This document shows positions 30,456 through 43,429 of a stretch of DNA of 64,000 bases, piece after piece. Positions within the stretch are counted from its first letter, which is position 1. Each line of letters opens with the position of its first letter. Below the pieces are notes generated by a model. It made no database searches and was not told the origin of the DNA. It was given only the letters and a program-made list of their open reading frames with translations. The position numbers and the translations under genes were made by a program. The stretch is taken from NCBI RefSeq assembly GCF_009914755.1, contig NC_060947.1; one strand, written 5' to 3'. This DNA is from the human T2T-CHM13v2.0 reference genome, Homo sapiens.

Positions 30456-30949
30456 AAGTAAAAAGCTCTAATACTAACTAGCTCTACCACTTTTAAAATG
30501 TAAAACCAAATGTGCATTGCAGAACGCACATGATTCTCTACAAAACAGAGCCCAGGGCATAGGTCAAGGAGCCCTGGGATGCATCATGTCAGCCTGGTGT
30601 CCACTCCTAGCCTCATAGTGGCAAAAGGAAATCTGTCCCTTATGCACAGCATGGAGAAGACCATTCTGGAAACATTAATCCATGGTTTTTGTAATTCCTA
30701 GAGCATATTCTAGAAAACAAATATATTATTTTAAAACTTGGTAAGATAAAATGATACAAGATTTTTCTGTAACTATGAAAGAGCTAATGCTTATTTCTGT
30801 TCATATTGCCCTTATGGTCCCTGCTTGACTATTAGATTCATGCCTGATCTAAGAGCTCCAGGTCCCCCAAGTGATGAATAAAGCTGAGCACTTGTGTCTT
30901 TGGGTAGGATGTCTCTTACACAGCTCTTCAGAAGCTTTTGGCCTCTCTG

Positions 30950-31418
30950 GTCTCCTGTGCCATCACCCAGCTCTGCACAGGCTCTGAGAAGCTCCATGCA
31001 GCTGCACCCTGATACCTGTCAGATTCATGCCGGGAGCCTCCTGCCTTCCTTCTCCCTAAGGGCATCTCTGCTGGGGTCATGGGTGTCAGCTGACTGCACA
31101 CTCCGCGATGCAGGGGAATAGTTGCCTGCTGAGGGCGAATGTTTGACCAGAGGGGTTTGGAGCCAGGTGACAGATGCTCTCCCTTCCTCACCCTGGCTGG
31201 CTGGTCTGAAAAACATTCCTACCCTTCAGAGACAGTGTCATTGAATGGAGTAACCAGTAGCCCATGGTAGTGACCCATTGGGTAAATCGCTCCTGAATTA
31301 GATCCTCCTCTCTTCCTGCCCAACCCACCTTGTCCGTGGTTCCTGCCCATGGGGGTTACTCTCCGCAATAAAATGTCCTACCTCAGGCTCATTCTCTGAA
31401 AAAATTAAGCCAAAATAG
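30950..31418 (+). mobile_element. LTR16-like ERVL LTR
   Basis: gacagatgctctccctt...cagtagcccatggtagtgacc...actctccgcaataaaatgtcctacctcaggctc...aagccaaaata. Confidence 0.6.
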
Positions 31419-32999
31419 CCTCATGCCAGTCTCACATTTCCAGGTAGGTCCAGGTATTTTGGGAAGAAAGGAGGCTTTTCTCCTAACTCTAAAAAAAATC
31501 CCAGATAACCTCAGAAACTCAGAAAACCATTTCTGACTTGCTATCCATTTCTGTGCGCTACTTTTTACCTATGGCAGTAAAGATCTTCTCTGAAGATCAA
31601 GTTTTCTTCCAAAGCACTCACCTAAAGTGTCCCTGTTGGCAAACAATTCACAAACCTGCCTCCGCTGTTGTCAAACGACCAAAGCTGACTTATTAAGACA
31701 CATCCGTGGTTTCCGGGCATTTTAATAGATGGTAGCTCGGTTTCATTCATGCCTGTCGGCGGCATACCCTTTGATCAGAATGAGCACTTGCTTTGCTTCT
31801 CTGATCCTAACGATGAACTTCTACCCATGCATCCGATTTGCCTGACAAGAGCCACACACTGGGGCTTGGACTTCACTTCTGTGACTCCTAAACGGAAATA
31901 AAGCAATTGACCTGCGTGAGGAAACACCCCCGGGCTACACTCCTCCGCTTGGTGTCCTGCTCAGCGCCTTACACCACACAAAACCAAATCCAAATCATAA
32001 TTGAGCCACAGGACGTCTTCCTCTGACTTTCCATGCTAGCACTCATTCTAACTTCTCTTCCTGCATGTTCTGTGAAGCAATAAATAGAACTAAGTGTCTT
32101 TTTAGGACATTTTTATTGCAACATGTTGTTTTTTTTTTCTGCCTCCTGCCATCTTATTATGTTATGTCACCAAACACCAGAGAGACACAAAACAGATGTT
32201 CCCAATAGGAGGAAGCACAGAGGGAATTTCCCTATCAGAAACCATGACGAGGAAGCGCTTGGAAATCAGCTATGCTCATGGTGATACTATTTGGAGCCCT
32301 GAATGTAAGGTGGAGTGAGAGGCTCACGCGCGAAGGGTAGCACTAAGTTTATCTCTGTGGAATAATGTAAAAGGAAAACAATATCTTGGCAATTAAAAAG
32401 GAAATGAAAGGTCAAATGCTTCTTGTTACAAATGCTTTGAGATAATGTCCAAGTTTCTTTGTGGCACTGGAAAAAAAAAGTTTCACAAAAATGTTGTTTG
32501 GAAGGAATATACTGCTGCCTAGTTCATGCACATTTTTATAAACAACTATTTTTTCTTGGGATGGCATTGGTGCATTGGAGTACGACTGAATTTTATGTCT
32601 GACATATTTCCATACACAAAATTCCATACCCCCAAATTCTTACCTTCTAATGTGTACAGAAGAATGATAATGTGAATGAAAATAAGAAAGAGTGAAAAAT
32701 AAGAATTTATAAAGTCCTATTTGGTTCATTGCATATATTTAAGACAGAGATATTAGATTATTTATAATCTTGCAGAACTCCATGCCCCTTTTTGGAAATA
32801 TGAACTGAAATAAGTAACAATATAGCTCACAGGCTTCCCATTCAAGAAAGCAGACTTAGCGCATATTTTACATCGTTTCTCTCTTAAGACTTCTCAAATT
32901 GATGGTAAATGGGTGATCAAAATAACAAATCCATGACAACAAAAATGTTATGGTGTAAAGCTATTGACAGATATGCAATTCCAACAAAATTCTACGTCA

Positions 33000-33210
33000 A
33001 AGTTTCCTAATCCCAGCGCTCTTGACATTTGAATAATTCTAGATTATGAGGGCAGCATCTCTGTAATATGTGTTTAGCAGCACACTTGGTCCCTGTCCAC
33101 TCGATGCCAGTAGCATCTTCCCTCACCCCCAACTACAACAACCCCAAATCTCTTCCAGACATTATCAAGTAGCTCCTGGGGGCACCATCACCCTCGTGAA
33201 GAACCAATGG
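33000..33210 (-). mobile_element. MER20 hAT-Charlie
   Basis: tttagcagca...ccactcgatgccagtagca...tccagacatt...gaagaaccaatg. Confidence 0.8.
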
Positions 33211-33449
33211 TCTAAAGACAGAGAGAAAATGAAGGAATGTTTACTCACACAACTGAGAAGAGAAGGCTGCAGCCTAGAACATTTGTAGAGGGTACCACAG
33301 GGCAGAAGACAGGCAAGCTGCACATCAGAGCATCCGAGAAAGTCTAACAGGGATGCTACTGTGCAATAGAAGATCAGAGAGATGGAAGGAATGAGGGAGC
33401 AGAGAATACTGAGACTGAGTGGAGTCTGTAGACAGAACAAAAGAATAAA

Positions 33450-33600
33450 TACATGTGTACATACACACACACACATACACATACACATGCACACACATGC
33501 ACACCCATGCAGATACATGCCCTCAAACACACTCATACATGCACACACATCTGGATGCACACGCATGCACACATACTCTGTCACACTCACATATGCAACA
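33450..33600. repeat. Degenerate (CA)/(CATG)-rich low-complexity tract
   Basis: Seen directly. Confidence 0.85.
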
Positions 33601-34035
33601 GCAGAATGTCCATCTACACATGAATAAACAGTATGTGGTCTACCCAGACAATGAAACATTATTCAGCCAGAAAAGGAATAAAGGACTGACACATGCTACG
33701 ACATGGATGAAGCTTGAAAACATCATGCTCCGTGAATGGAGTCAGACACAAAAGGCCACACGTTGTATGATTCCATTGATATGAAATGTCCAGAATAGGT
33801 AAATGCATAGACACAGAAAGCACATGAGTAGTAACCGGGAGCTGCCGGAGGAGGAAAAGGGCAGTGACTGATTAGTGGATAAGGATTTCATTTCCGGATG
33901 ATGAAAATGCCCCGGAACTAGACAGAGGAATAATCTTGTGAATGTACTTAATGCCACTGAGCCGGAAACTCGTATGCTTAAAATGGTCAACTTTATGTGT
34001 ATTTTACCCCATTTTTTAAAAAAGAAAAGAAAAAG
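33600..34035 (+). mobile_element. L1MB-type 3' end
   Basis: aaaaggaataaaggactgacacatgctacgacatggatgaagcttgaaaacat...gaatgtacttaatgccactga. Confidence 0.88.
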
Positions 34036-35144
34036 AACTCTGTTGGTGTTGGGAAATCAGATTACTCTGGGAGCCGAGGGCCAGGTGTTCCCACACTGCT
34101 GAGAGCAAAATGCAGTAAAAATCTCTGAGTTTAAGCAAATTGGATTGAAATCCTAGTTACTACGTATAAGTGAGGTGAGCATGGAGAAGTTAATTTTTCT
34201 ACAGTTGGGTTTCCTTTTCTGCAAAGTACATTCCAGGATTGTCCTGAGAGACAATGAATGAGGCAGATGGAAGCTCCTGGCACACAGCAGGCCCTTCAGT
34301 GCTCACAGGCGGCCCTCCTGGCCTCGGTGGCTCCATTCCACTCAGCAGCATACCAAGCTCTTCTTCATAGCCAGCAGGAGCCTTATTACATGCTCACCAT
34401 TTGCAGAATGTAACAAAAATCTGCTGCAGCTTTTTTTTTTTTTTTTGGCCATGGTTTTCTAGGTGAAGGACTCATACCGCTAAGTGTAACCTTCACTTAT
34501 AGAGCGTAAAAAAGCCTGATGCTTAACTGAAGGACCACAAGCATAGCTATAATAATATTCAAACAATATTTTCAAATCATGCAAGGGACTCACTGTGAGA
34601 ATTCAGCCTCTATTTAACTGGTGGGATTGTTTTCAAAATTTCTGTCTTATAAAAAACTCGACAGCAAGAATCTCAAAAAGAAGCTGAAACAACAGATCGC
34701 GTATGCTTTGTCTTCTTCCACAACTGCAGCCCTGCAAACATACTTGGCTGAGTTTATGGTCTTCATAAAGGGCTAGCTGCAGTCACACTTAGTGTACCCC
34801 CTTAAGCCAGCTGAGAAAACAAAGGGATTAAGACTGCCAAACTTCACGGTGGCTTTTTGAACCTTCTCATGTCTCCCATGAACGCCTGTAAGATGGAAAA
34901 TCTTTGCAGGCCAGCAAGCTGTCCAGGCAGCAGCCTTCTTCCGCCTCCCCATCCACCTTAGCCCCCTTCATCTCCCTCCCCCACCCCCAGCCACAGCCCG
35001 CATTTGCAGAACACAGCCTTTGCTTGCCCCTTTCAAATGCATCCCATCCACTGACAGAAGCCGGCTTTGTTTTTAAAAACTTTTCCTGTAATAGCTCACC
35101 GAGGTCAGGCCTCAGCTCTTGTAGGCAGCTCTCATTAAACTTAG

Positions 35145-35363
<219 letters not shown>

Positions 35364-35420
35364 TAAATATAAGAAGCATTTTGAGCAAATATCACAAGGG
35401 TTCTAGATTTATTTACAATT

Positions 35421-35650
35421 TGTGGTTCTCAACTTGGGGCAATTTTGTCTCCCGGGAGATCTGAGACAATGTCTGAAAACATTTCTGGTTGTCACAATTG
35501 GGGAGGGAGGGTTGCTACTGGCATCCAGTGGGGAGAGGCCAGGGATGCTGCCAAACACCCTGCAGTGCACAGGACAGGATCACCCCATCCTCCTGCAGCA
35601 AATAAATTAGGGGTCCCAGACGTCAATTATGCTGAAACTGAGAAACCTTG
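35421..35650 (+). mobile_element. MER20 hAT-Charlie
   Basis: gtggttctcaacttggggcaattttg...gctactggcatccagtggggagaggccagggatgctg...ctgagaaacc. Confidence 0.9.
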
Positions 35651-36191
35651 ACTTAGAGGAACACCCCAATAATTTAAACATTCATCTCCCTGCCCCCCAA
35701 ACAAAAAACCATAACTCATAGAAATTTTTCTTATCTATTCGTTCTTTACGTATGTTTTCATTCCTGAATTTGTTTCTGCCTTGAGTCTAATTGGGACTTG
35801 CACCGCGGGTTGCTACAGAGCCTCTGGGCACATTCCTTCCTTGTTTTGCTCGGGAAGTTGCTAGGATAGGAGGGAAAGTCTGCTTGTTTATTCCTAGGAT
35901 AATCGATGGTGCAGTCAGGCCGAGTTCCTGCAGTACAGTTTGGGTATTTTTTTTAAGAGATGAATCAGATTCATGCAATGAAATTGCAGGGTTTTTGTTT
36001 TATTTGGGTCATTCTTCAATTTTAAGAGAATATATCTCAGCACAACATCACCTGAACAAAAGAGAACTAGAAGTGAAATCCTTCATTAGGTGATACAGTT
36101 GCTCCCTGCCCAAGGAGCTGAGTCCTCAGAGGGAACAGGCCTGGCCTTTAAAGGGCAGAGTTCTTCCCAGATTCACAAAGCAGGAGATAGA

Positions 36192-36362
36192 GCAGTGCTT
36201 CCCAAATGTTGACATGCATCAGAAACCCCTGGAGAGCCTGTGATGGGGCAGATTCCTGAGCTCATGCCTGAGATGCTGACTCATTGGTTCTGGGATGGGG
36301 CTAAGCATTGACATTTTGAGCAAGCGCCCAGGGAAGGAGTGCACGTTGAAAAGTAAGCCTCT
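36192..36362. mobile_element. MER5A hAT-Charlie
   Basis: cagtgcttcccaaa...tgcatcagaa...cctggagagc...ctgggatggggc...caagcgcccagg. Confidence 0.75.
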
Positions 36363-36496
36363 GTAATATAAAAATGCACATCCTAACACCAATATCACCT
36401 GAAGAGACTCATGGCTCATTCTAAGTTGTCTATAGAAGATCCTCATGGTCCCAACCAACTTCTTTCCCATATGTACTTCGGGCTCTGAGTTGCTTC

Positions 36497-36898
36497 TGTT
36501 AAATCAAGTTTAGCCCGAAGCTGCCTCCTTACATATTTTAAGTTCAGCCTAAAGGTTTTTCTGTACAATCGTGAACTATAACCTAAATGGAAGTGTAAAC
36601 AGACTATAACCTACTCTTGTGCCAATCACCGAGTTTTGGCCAATCACAGGTGACCAACTGTTCAAACCGTGTTCAAATAAGGCAAATGTCTAGCTCTAAC
36701 CAATCTGGCTGTTTCCATACCTCACTTCTGTTTTCTGTACGTCACTTTCCTTTTTCTGTCTATATATCTTCTTCCATCACGTGGCTGTGCTGGAGTCTCT
36801 GAGCCTACTCTGGCTTGGGAGGCTGCCCAATTCACGAATCATTCTTTGCACAATTAAACCCTCTTAAATTGAATTAAGCTACAGTTTTTCTTTTAACA
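36497..36898 (+). mobile_element. MER57-type ERV1 solo LTR
   Basis: TGTTAA...TTAACA termini, 4 bp TSD cttc on both sides, two CCAAT boxes, ATTAAA signal. Confidence 0.88.
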
Positions 36899-38883
36899 CT
36901 TCTTCCTGACTCTCCTATTTGGTTTTGTTGCACACCATGCAAAGTGCAATGGAAATTCTGGGGTGGGACAAGGTCAAGGACAGACTTGAGACAAGAAATA
37001 CAAAGCACATGAGGCAAAGAATGGAGCCCCTGTGAGCATATTTGTCATGGAAACACAACTTTACAATGTGGCAATTCTTGGTTCACTCACTCCAAAAGGA
37101 GCATGGCATGGTGCCATCAAATATAAGTATCGGATTAACAACAAACTATGTTTAAGACTACTATGCATGGTGATGGAGTCAAAGAAGTATGAAACTCGAC
37201 TCTGCCCTTAGGATCTTATCAATGACTTGGAATCCTGGTCCACAATGGGTCCAGGCACAAAACTAAAGGCCAAAGAGCCAGAAAGGTTACAACCCACAGC
37301 CTGAAAAAGGAGGAGCACCGTTGTAAGCATTGGTGCCCTTGTGCAACATAGAGACTCACTCCTGAAAAAAGGAACATAAGAGATTTTGAGGTGTTTGTTT
37401 TTCTGCAGGCAGCATGGATCCATTTTATCTATAATGTTGCCTTTCATGGAAACCAGTGACTAAAGCAACAATGGAAATATCCACAGCAGAGCAACTTGGA
37501 GCAAATGGCACTTGGACAGGGTTTGTCCATGGAAACATCTGACCTCTCTCTGAGCTCCAGAATTGCAGGATTATTATTTCTATGCCCTTAAGTTGTCAAG
37601 GGGAAGACCTGCCTATCGGAACATCTGCATAACTCGGAGTTTTACTGAGCAATAGAACATTCTGTACTTCTCAGATCCACATTTACTAGTCTATCCTCAA
37701 AAGGACAATGTGAAGATTAATTAATCTAATGTTCATGGAGCACAGAGGAGCTGAAAATGCACCATAGACAGATCTGGCCCTCACTCAGTCAACCCCGTCA
37801 CACAAATTCAGTTACAGCTGGCTGGGTCTTGAAGCATGGACATGATCCGTATCCCTCCTTTAGAGGGCTTGTCATTGAAATATCTGCCATTTCTCCACTG
37901 TCCTTCCTAAATCAGAGATGTAAAGCCTGTGGTTTCTTCAAGGAAGGTTAAGTAACTGGCCTTCATATGTGCTAAATAATGACTTTAGTTTTGAAACTCC
38001 AAGGAAGCCAAGAAAGGCTTTCTATCTCTGGCTTGCCAGAGGAATGGTTTTCAAACCCGGTGTGCAACCCTAAAAGTCCTTTGTGATAACTTGGCAGGCT
38101 AAAGACCACAGGATATTGGGCCATGGGAGCAGTGTCTGAAGAGCACAAACCACCCGATCACTCTATGGTGGAAACTCTACTCTGGAATGCGGGAGCAGAA
38201 GGAAACTATGAAGGCATTGCATGGGCAGTAGGACATGCCAGCCTTCCATCCACCTGGCCCCAGCCATTCCCCATCACATTCCCCTGTCACATAAGAAACA
38301 GTGCACCAACTGCTTTTACATTTTAGTCCTTAGATGGCAATTTCTGTGCCTTAACTTTGTCAAGGTCAAGACAAAAAGGAGTGTGGATCAGAGATAGAAG
38401 CATTCACTCAGCCTAATAGGAAATAGGATCAGGCATCAGGCAATAACTGAAATGAAAGCAAAATGGATGGTAATAAGTGAAGATGTTTGTGAACTATCCC
38501 CAAGAGGAGACACCTTCCTGCTTAATATAAATGGCATATTTCTCCAAAGCACTTGTCTTCTGTGAACCTATAACCAGAGTCCATGAGGTAAAGGGTTTTC
38601 TCAAGAGCATATGACCAGTCAACATGGGGACTCGTGAAGGGGAGCCCACCAGACCCCTCCCAATTCCAGACCCCAGTCCCTTTCCATGAACCATGTGGTA
38701 TGTATGTGTTTATTTATTGCCAACATTGTATAACCCTACCTGAAATAGGCAGAAATGTAAAAATTACACTTCTTTGAATTGACATATCCTAAACCATGTA
38801 TGCAAACATGAGACCTTAAATAGGAGAGAAGTAAATGATTTCTGTCTTCTCTTTATATTTGGTCTGCAAATTGAGGCAGATAC

Positions 38884-39329
38884 TGTTACAGAAATACCAG
38901 GGGTTCAATCTAGGTCCTGTTGTTCACTTGCTCACTGCTCAAAAGCCAATCACTGAGATGACGATTATTGCCAAGGAAGAAGGATTTAATCGGGTGCTAC
39001 AGCCAAAGAGATGGGAGATCAATCTGAAATCCATCTCCCTGACTAAAACTAGGAGTTTACATAGCAGAGAAGAAATGTAACAATGTGTGAGAAACAGGAA
39101 CTAGGGAAGGGCAAGGAAGCAATCATGATGAATAAGGGGTGCAGCATCTCACAATGCAGTGATCTGGTGAGTTTCAGTTCTTTTATACTATATTTAGAGA
39201 TCTGAAGGTTGTTTCCTGAAGGATCTCAGATACAACAAATACAAGTTTCAAGCTTTAAGACCATAAGGGTCCATTTCTTTGTTTATAAAGAAAAAAAAAA
39301 CTATCTATGGGACTACTGGGTCAGTTTCA
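38884..39329 (-). mobile_element. ERV1 solo LTR (MER66/LTR26-like, subfamily uncertain)
   Basis: TG...CA ends; ccaggggttcaatctaggtcctg...aaagccaatcactgaga...ctatgggactactgggtcagtttca. Confidence 0.7.
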
Positions 39330-39550
39330 GTTGGGGGCACTTGTGCCCCTCTGGAGACATTTGGCAAAGCCTGAAGACATTTTTGGTTGTTACAACTGGG
39401 GTGAGGGATGTTCCTAGCATCTACAGAGTGGAGGCCAGGGATGCTGCTAGATGTCCTCCAGTTCATGGGACAGCACTGCCCTTCCCCATCCCTACAAGAA
39501 AGAACTACCAAGCCCATGATATCAGGAGAGGCAAGGTTGAGAAAACATGA
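39330..39550 (+). mobile_element. MER20 hAT-Charlie
   Basis: ggagacatttggcaa...gacatttttggttgttacaactgg...gaggccagggatgctgcta...aggttgagaaa. Confidence 0.88.
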
Positions 39551-40499
39551 CCTAGACTACATAATTATATCATCAAATCTAAAACAATAATATATAATAA
39601 GATTTGCCATTGGACCAATCGAAGAAAAGGTCCATGTGGATTCCTGAACCACACCTTCTCACTAAAATGTTTGCATACTGGCAAAGTGGAAAGATCAATG
39701 AATTAAAACAGGGTGTCACACCTGCCAGTCTTTCTCTGCCCCAATTTGCAATCTGCAACATTAGGGCATGCTGAGGTGTTTTCCATTTCAAAATGCCATA
39801 AACTACAACTTGATTATTTTTCAAATAATCAGAATATTTTTAACACAAGTAGCTGCTCCCAAATGCTCAGCATTAATGACTAGTTAAGTGTTATACAATG
39901 ATCATTTCAAAGCATCAGTCTAGTTCCCTGGGTTCATTTGTTTCCATTTTTACTACAATGTTTTTACATAAACTAACATCAGATTTATTTTTCTAAATAG
40001 GTAAACTTCAAATATTAATTTCTACTATGTGTTTTGTTTACTAAATCTATATTTCATAAACAGTAAAAGATGATTTATTTGTTTGCAAACCAAACCCCTA
40101 GCAGAATGTTACAATGTAATTACTTTTTAATTGTTTAATCTTTATTTTTTATAACACTCATAAGAAATCAAAACTTGTTTCTTATATGTCTAATTTCCAC
40201 TATTATTTATTGGCTAAAATAATGGAAATGATAAAAAGGTAAGAAAACAATCAATATATCTTTTACTTTCCTACAACTCCCAAAAATACAAGCCTAGATG
40301 AGTCAGTAAATCTCCAAATCTTCTATGTACCTAAGTTGCAATTACAAGCCAGTGGCCAGTGAACTTTATTTTTGCTGATTCTGAGTGGCCAGAAGACATT
40401 ACCTTACAAATCTCCTAGTCACATGGTGCTTGAGAAAGGAATTTTGTACCTTTTATTTGTTTAAAGGCTCTAAGAATGTGTTTTGGGGACATTACAGAA

Positions 40500-41030
40500 C
40501 CACAATGATGTCAATGTCTTCCAGCTAAAGACTCACCAGGAAATCACTTGTAGATAATTATGGTTGGGTTGACTGACTCACTGCAAGCAGGAAGAACACA
40601 CATCCTGGGGGACCATGAGCATCCCAGTAAAAGGTTAGAAAAAGCTCGTTATAGAACACAGGCTTATGTTAGGTGACTTAGGGAAGGATTCAAGAAAGCA
40701 GGGCTTTGCTTCTGGCTGGATGCTATCAGAAGGCAGAGGCCATTACCTAATTAGGCATCTTGATACATCTTGTCCAGAAGGCAGGAAGTAAGGCTACAAC
40801 TATAATTAGTAAAGAAGCAGCAGTTGGGAAAGTGGGAGGTTTGGTCATTTGGGTGGTTTGGACAATGTTCATGTCTCTCCCCACATTCGGATGAGATTAT
40901 GGAGTGACCTTGTATTTCCTGACCCATCATGGTCATAGAGTAGCCTTGTCTGATGTGAGGGTCCTGTTCAACTGGACAGCATCATGGCCTAGCTGTGAGG
41001 GCCAGACTGGCTTCCAGCTGTGAGCCACGT
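40500..41030. mobile_element. Probable old ERV LTR, family unassigned
   Basis: LTR-like composition (ggatgctatcagaagg...gagtgaccttg...atggcctagctgtgag); no firm termini. Confidence 0.4.
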
Positions 41031-41589
41031 TGTCTTTCTGGATGGTCATCTTCCTCCCGCCTCACCTAAGAGGCAATTCTGTCTGCTGCCATCTAAGTTC
41101 GCAAAGAGATTGCTTCTGCTGGCTGGCAACAATCCCTTCTCTCATGCTGGCTGAAAAGAGAAGAGTCTCTCTGGAGGCCTGTGTCATCCAAAGATTCAAA
41201 CTAAATCCTTAATTTGATTCTTCCCTTCTGAAAGTCTTATTTCTCATCCTCCCCCATTCCCTGAAGTGAGTAGGAACTCACTTGGAGTTAGGTATCATAT
41301 TTAATGTATTTAACGAGGGCACCAACACCTCAGATTGCATTCCCGTTAGGTGTTAGAGGTTCCCTGATTTGCCTGGCTCAAACTCCTCAGTTGCTGGATT
41401 TTAGGGAGGTCCAAGGTACCCAGGGACAAGCCAGGGTTATGGATGGGCACACAGGAGCTAGAAGCAGTGGTTATTTATCAACTCATCCAAAGGTTAGAAA
41501 GAGTATGATATTTTTGGAAAATTGAAGTTGAGTTCTATAGTCAACAAGTGGGAAAAAAAAACCTAGGAGCCAGTTTGTGTGTTGCTAGG

Positions 41590-42108
41590 GTGTTATAAGT
41601 TGAATTATTTTCCAGATACTTTCACTCTGTCCCTTTACTTTCTTTTTGTTTTTTAATCTTTTATTTTTTGTAGAGACAGGATCTTGTTGTGTTGCCCAAG
41701 CTGGTCTCAAACTCCTAGCCTCCAGCAATCCTCCCACCTCGGCCTCCCAAAGCACTGAGATTACACATGTGAGCCACCATGCACAGCTATCCCTTTACTT
41801 TCTTAGGGGAAATATACTTTCCCACCATATTGGAGTTAACCTTGGCTCTATGACTTGCTTTGGCCAATGGGAGGTTAGCGGACATGATATGTAGAGGCTT
41901 GAAAGAATAAACGTGTGCTGGCTGGTTCCCAGACTTGTGGATATGCCCAGAGAAATCAGCAGAGCCACCCAAGTGAATCCAAGTTAGATCAGCCAACCCC
42001 AACACCACCCCCCATCAACCCACAGACTTGTGCACTGGTAAATGTTCATTATTGTATGCTGCTGAAGTTTTGTGATTGGTTGTTATACAGCAGCAGCTGA
42101 CTGATACA
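41590..42108 (+). mobile_element. Old MLT1 LTR split by an Alu monomer
   Basis: tgacttgctttggccaatgg...gctgaagttttgtgattggttgttatacagcagcagctgactgataca. Confidence 0.75.
41644..41789 (-). mobile_element. Alu left monomer (FLAM/AluJ-like)
   Basis: Single monomer; TSD tccctttactttct on both sides. Confidence 0.88.
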
Positions 42109-43429
42109 CTAGAGTACCAGACTGCTGATTTATGATTCAGCCAATCACTTGATTATTTCCATCTCTCATCCAAAAATAAATTCCATAGTGTACAGATAGC
42201 ATGTTTAAGGTCATGGGTACATTGCCCAAAGTTCATCATAAAACAAATAATGTACTGACAAGAGGGGAAAATGAATATGTTAAGGCAATAGGATAAAATA
42301 AGGTTATAATTTGAGTGGTCACAAATAGTACTGTCAGAATGCAAAATAAGGTATTTATTCATTTATACATTCATTCAACAATGTTTATTGGTAAGAAAAA
42401 TACAATGCAACCAATACTGATAAAAACCAGCAAGACAGTCATGGGATAGACATTATCCTATCCTCGTGAGGGTAATAACAGAGGATCTAGAGGTTTGCAG
42501 TGAGAATTTCATAAGGATTAAAGAAAAATTAAACTCAATGGATTGGACTCCATGCTCCAGCCCCTTGCTCTTTCCCCACCTTGTGTTCTTATCACTGTGT
42601 TTCTTGCAATGACCAATCAGTCTCTACTTCTTCACAGGCTGAGACCAGAGAAAATAAAAAGGGAGAGATTTCTGGTGCCCCAAATTAAATTTGCATGCCC
42701 AGAAGTATCCTGAGACTCCAGAAGCACTTCCCAGTGAGAGCTGTGAACATCCTTTTCTTGGAGATATGTAGGCAATGGGTATGAAAATAGCCTTGGGGAA
42801 AAGTTTGAAATTCAGTTCTGCCCCATGGAGGTTGGAGAGCAGAACCAAGTAATTGTAAGAGCCTCTGACTCTCTGGTTGGTCTCTGAAAAAATGACTATC
42901 CCTGGGCAGGGTTTTGTTTCCCATTTTCAATTCAGCTGGCTCTACATTTGAGGTCATTAATGGATTGTTTAATGTGTATTCCATTGTAGCAGCTAGTCTG
43001 CTTTCAGAAATAAGCTAAAATAATCGATTTCTAAAAATATACTTCAAGTCCAATTGCTTTTGGCATATCAGACACAGGCAGCATTTCCTACAGAAAGTTT
43101 AGCAAGTGGAATATTTTTGTAGACCCAGACTCAGTTGCAGTCATCACCACACTGACAACCATCTGTATCAGTCTACTTATCCCTTCCCATTTTGTTCAAG
43201 GGAAGTGAAAGTGAATGGGCAGAACCCGATGTGTTCCAGGAAAGTAGAAGAGAAAAGTAATGGAGGCATAGATGTTAAAGAAGGCGTCGTGACATGCAAG
43301 TTACTCTTTTACTTATATAGTTAATAAGAGTGTACTCACAATTCGTGCAAAAAGAAGCATTAGGAAGCCTACTGAAAAGAAAATTGTCAGTTGGTATCAC
43401 CACCAACAACTGGACTTAATGGCCTGCTG

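Noticed and set aside
33165-33784. Longest ORF (164 aa) and overlapping His/Thr- or Cys/Val-rich ORFs
   Set aside because: Produced by a CA/TG low-complexity tract that lacks stop codons.
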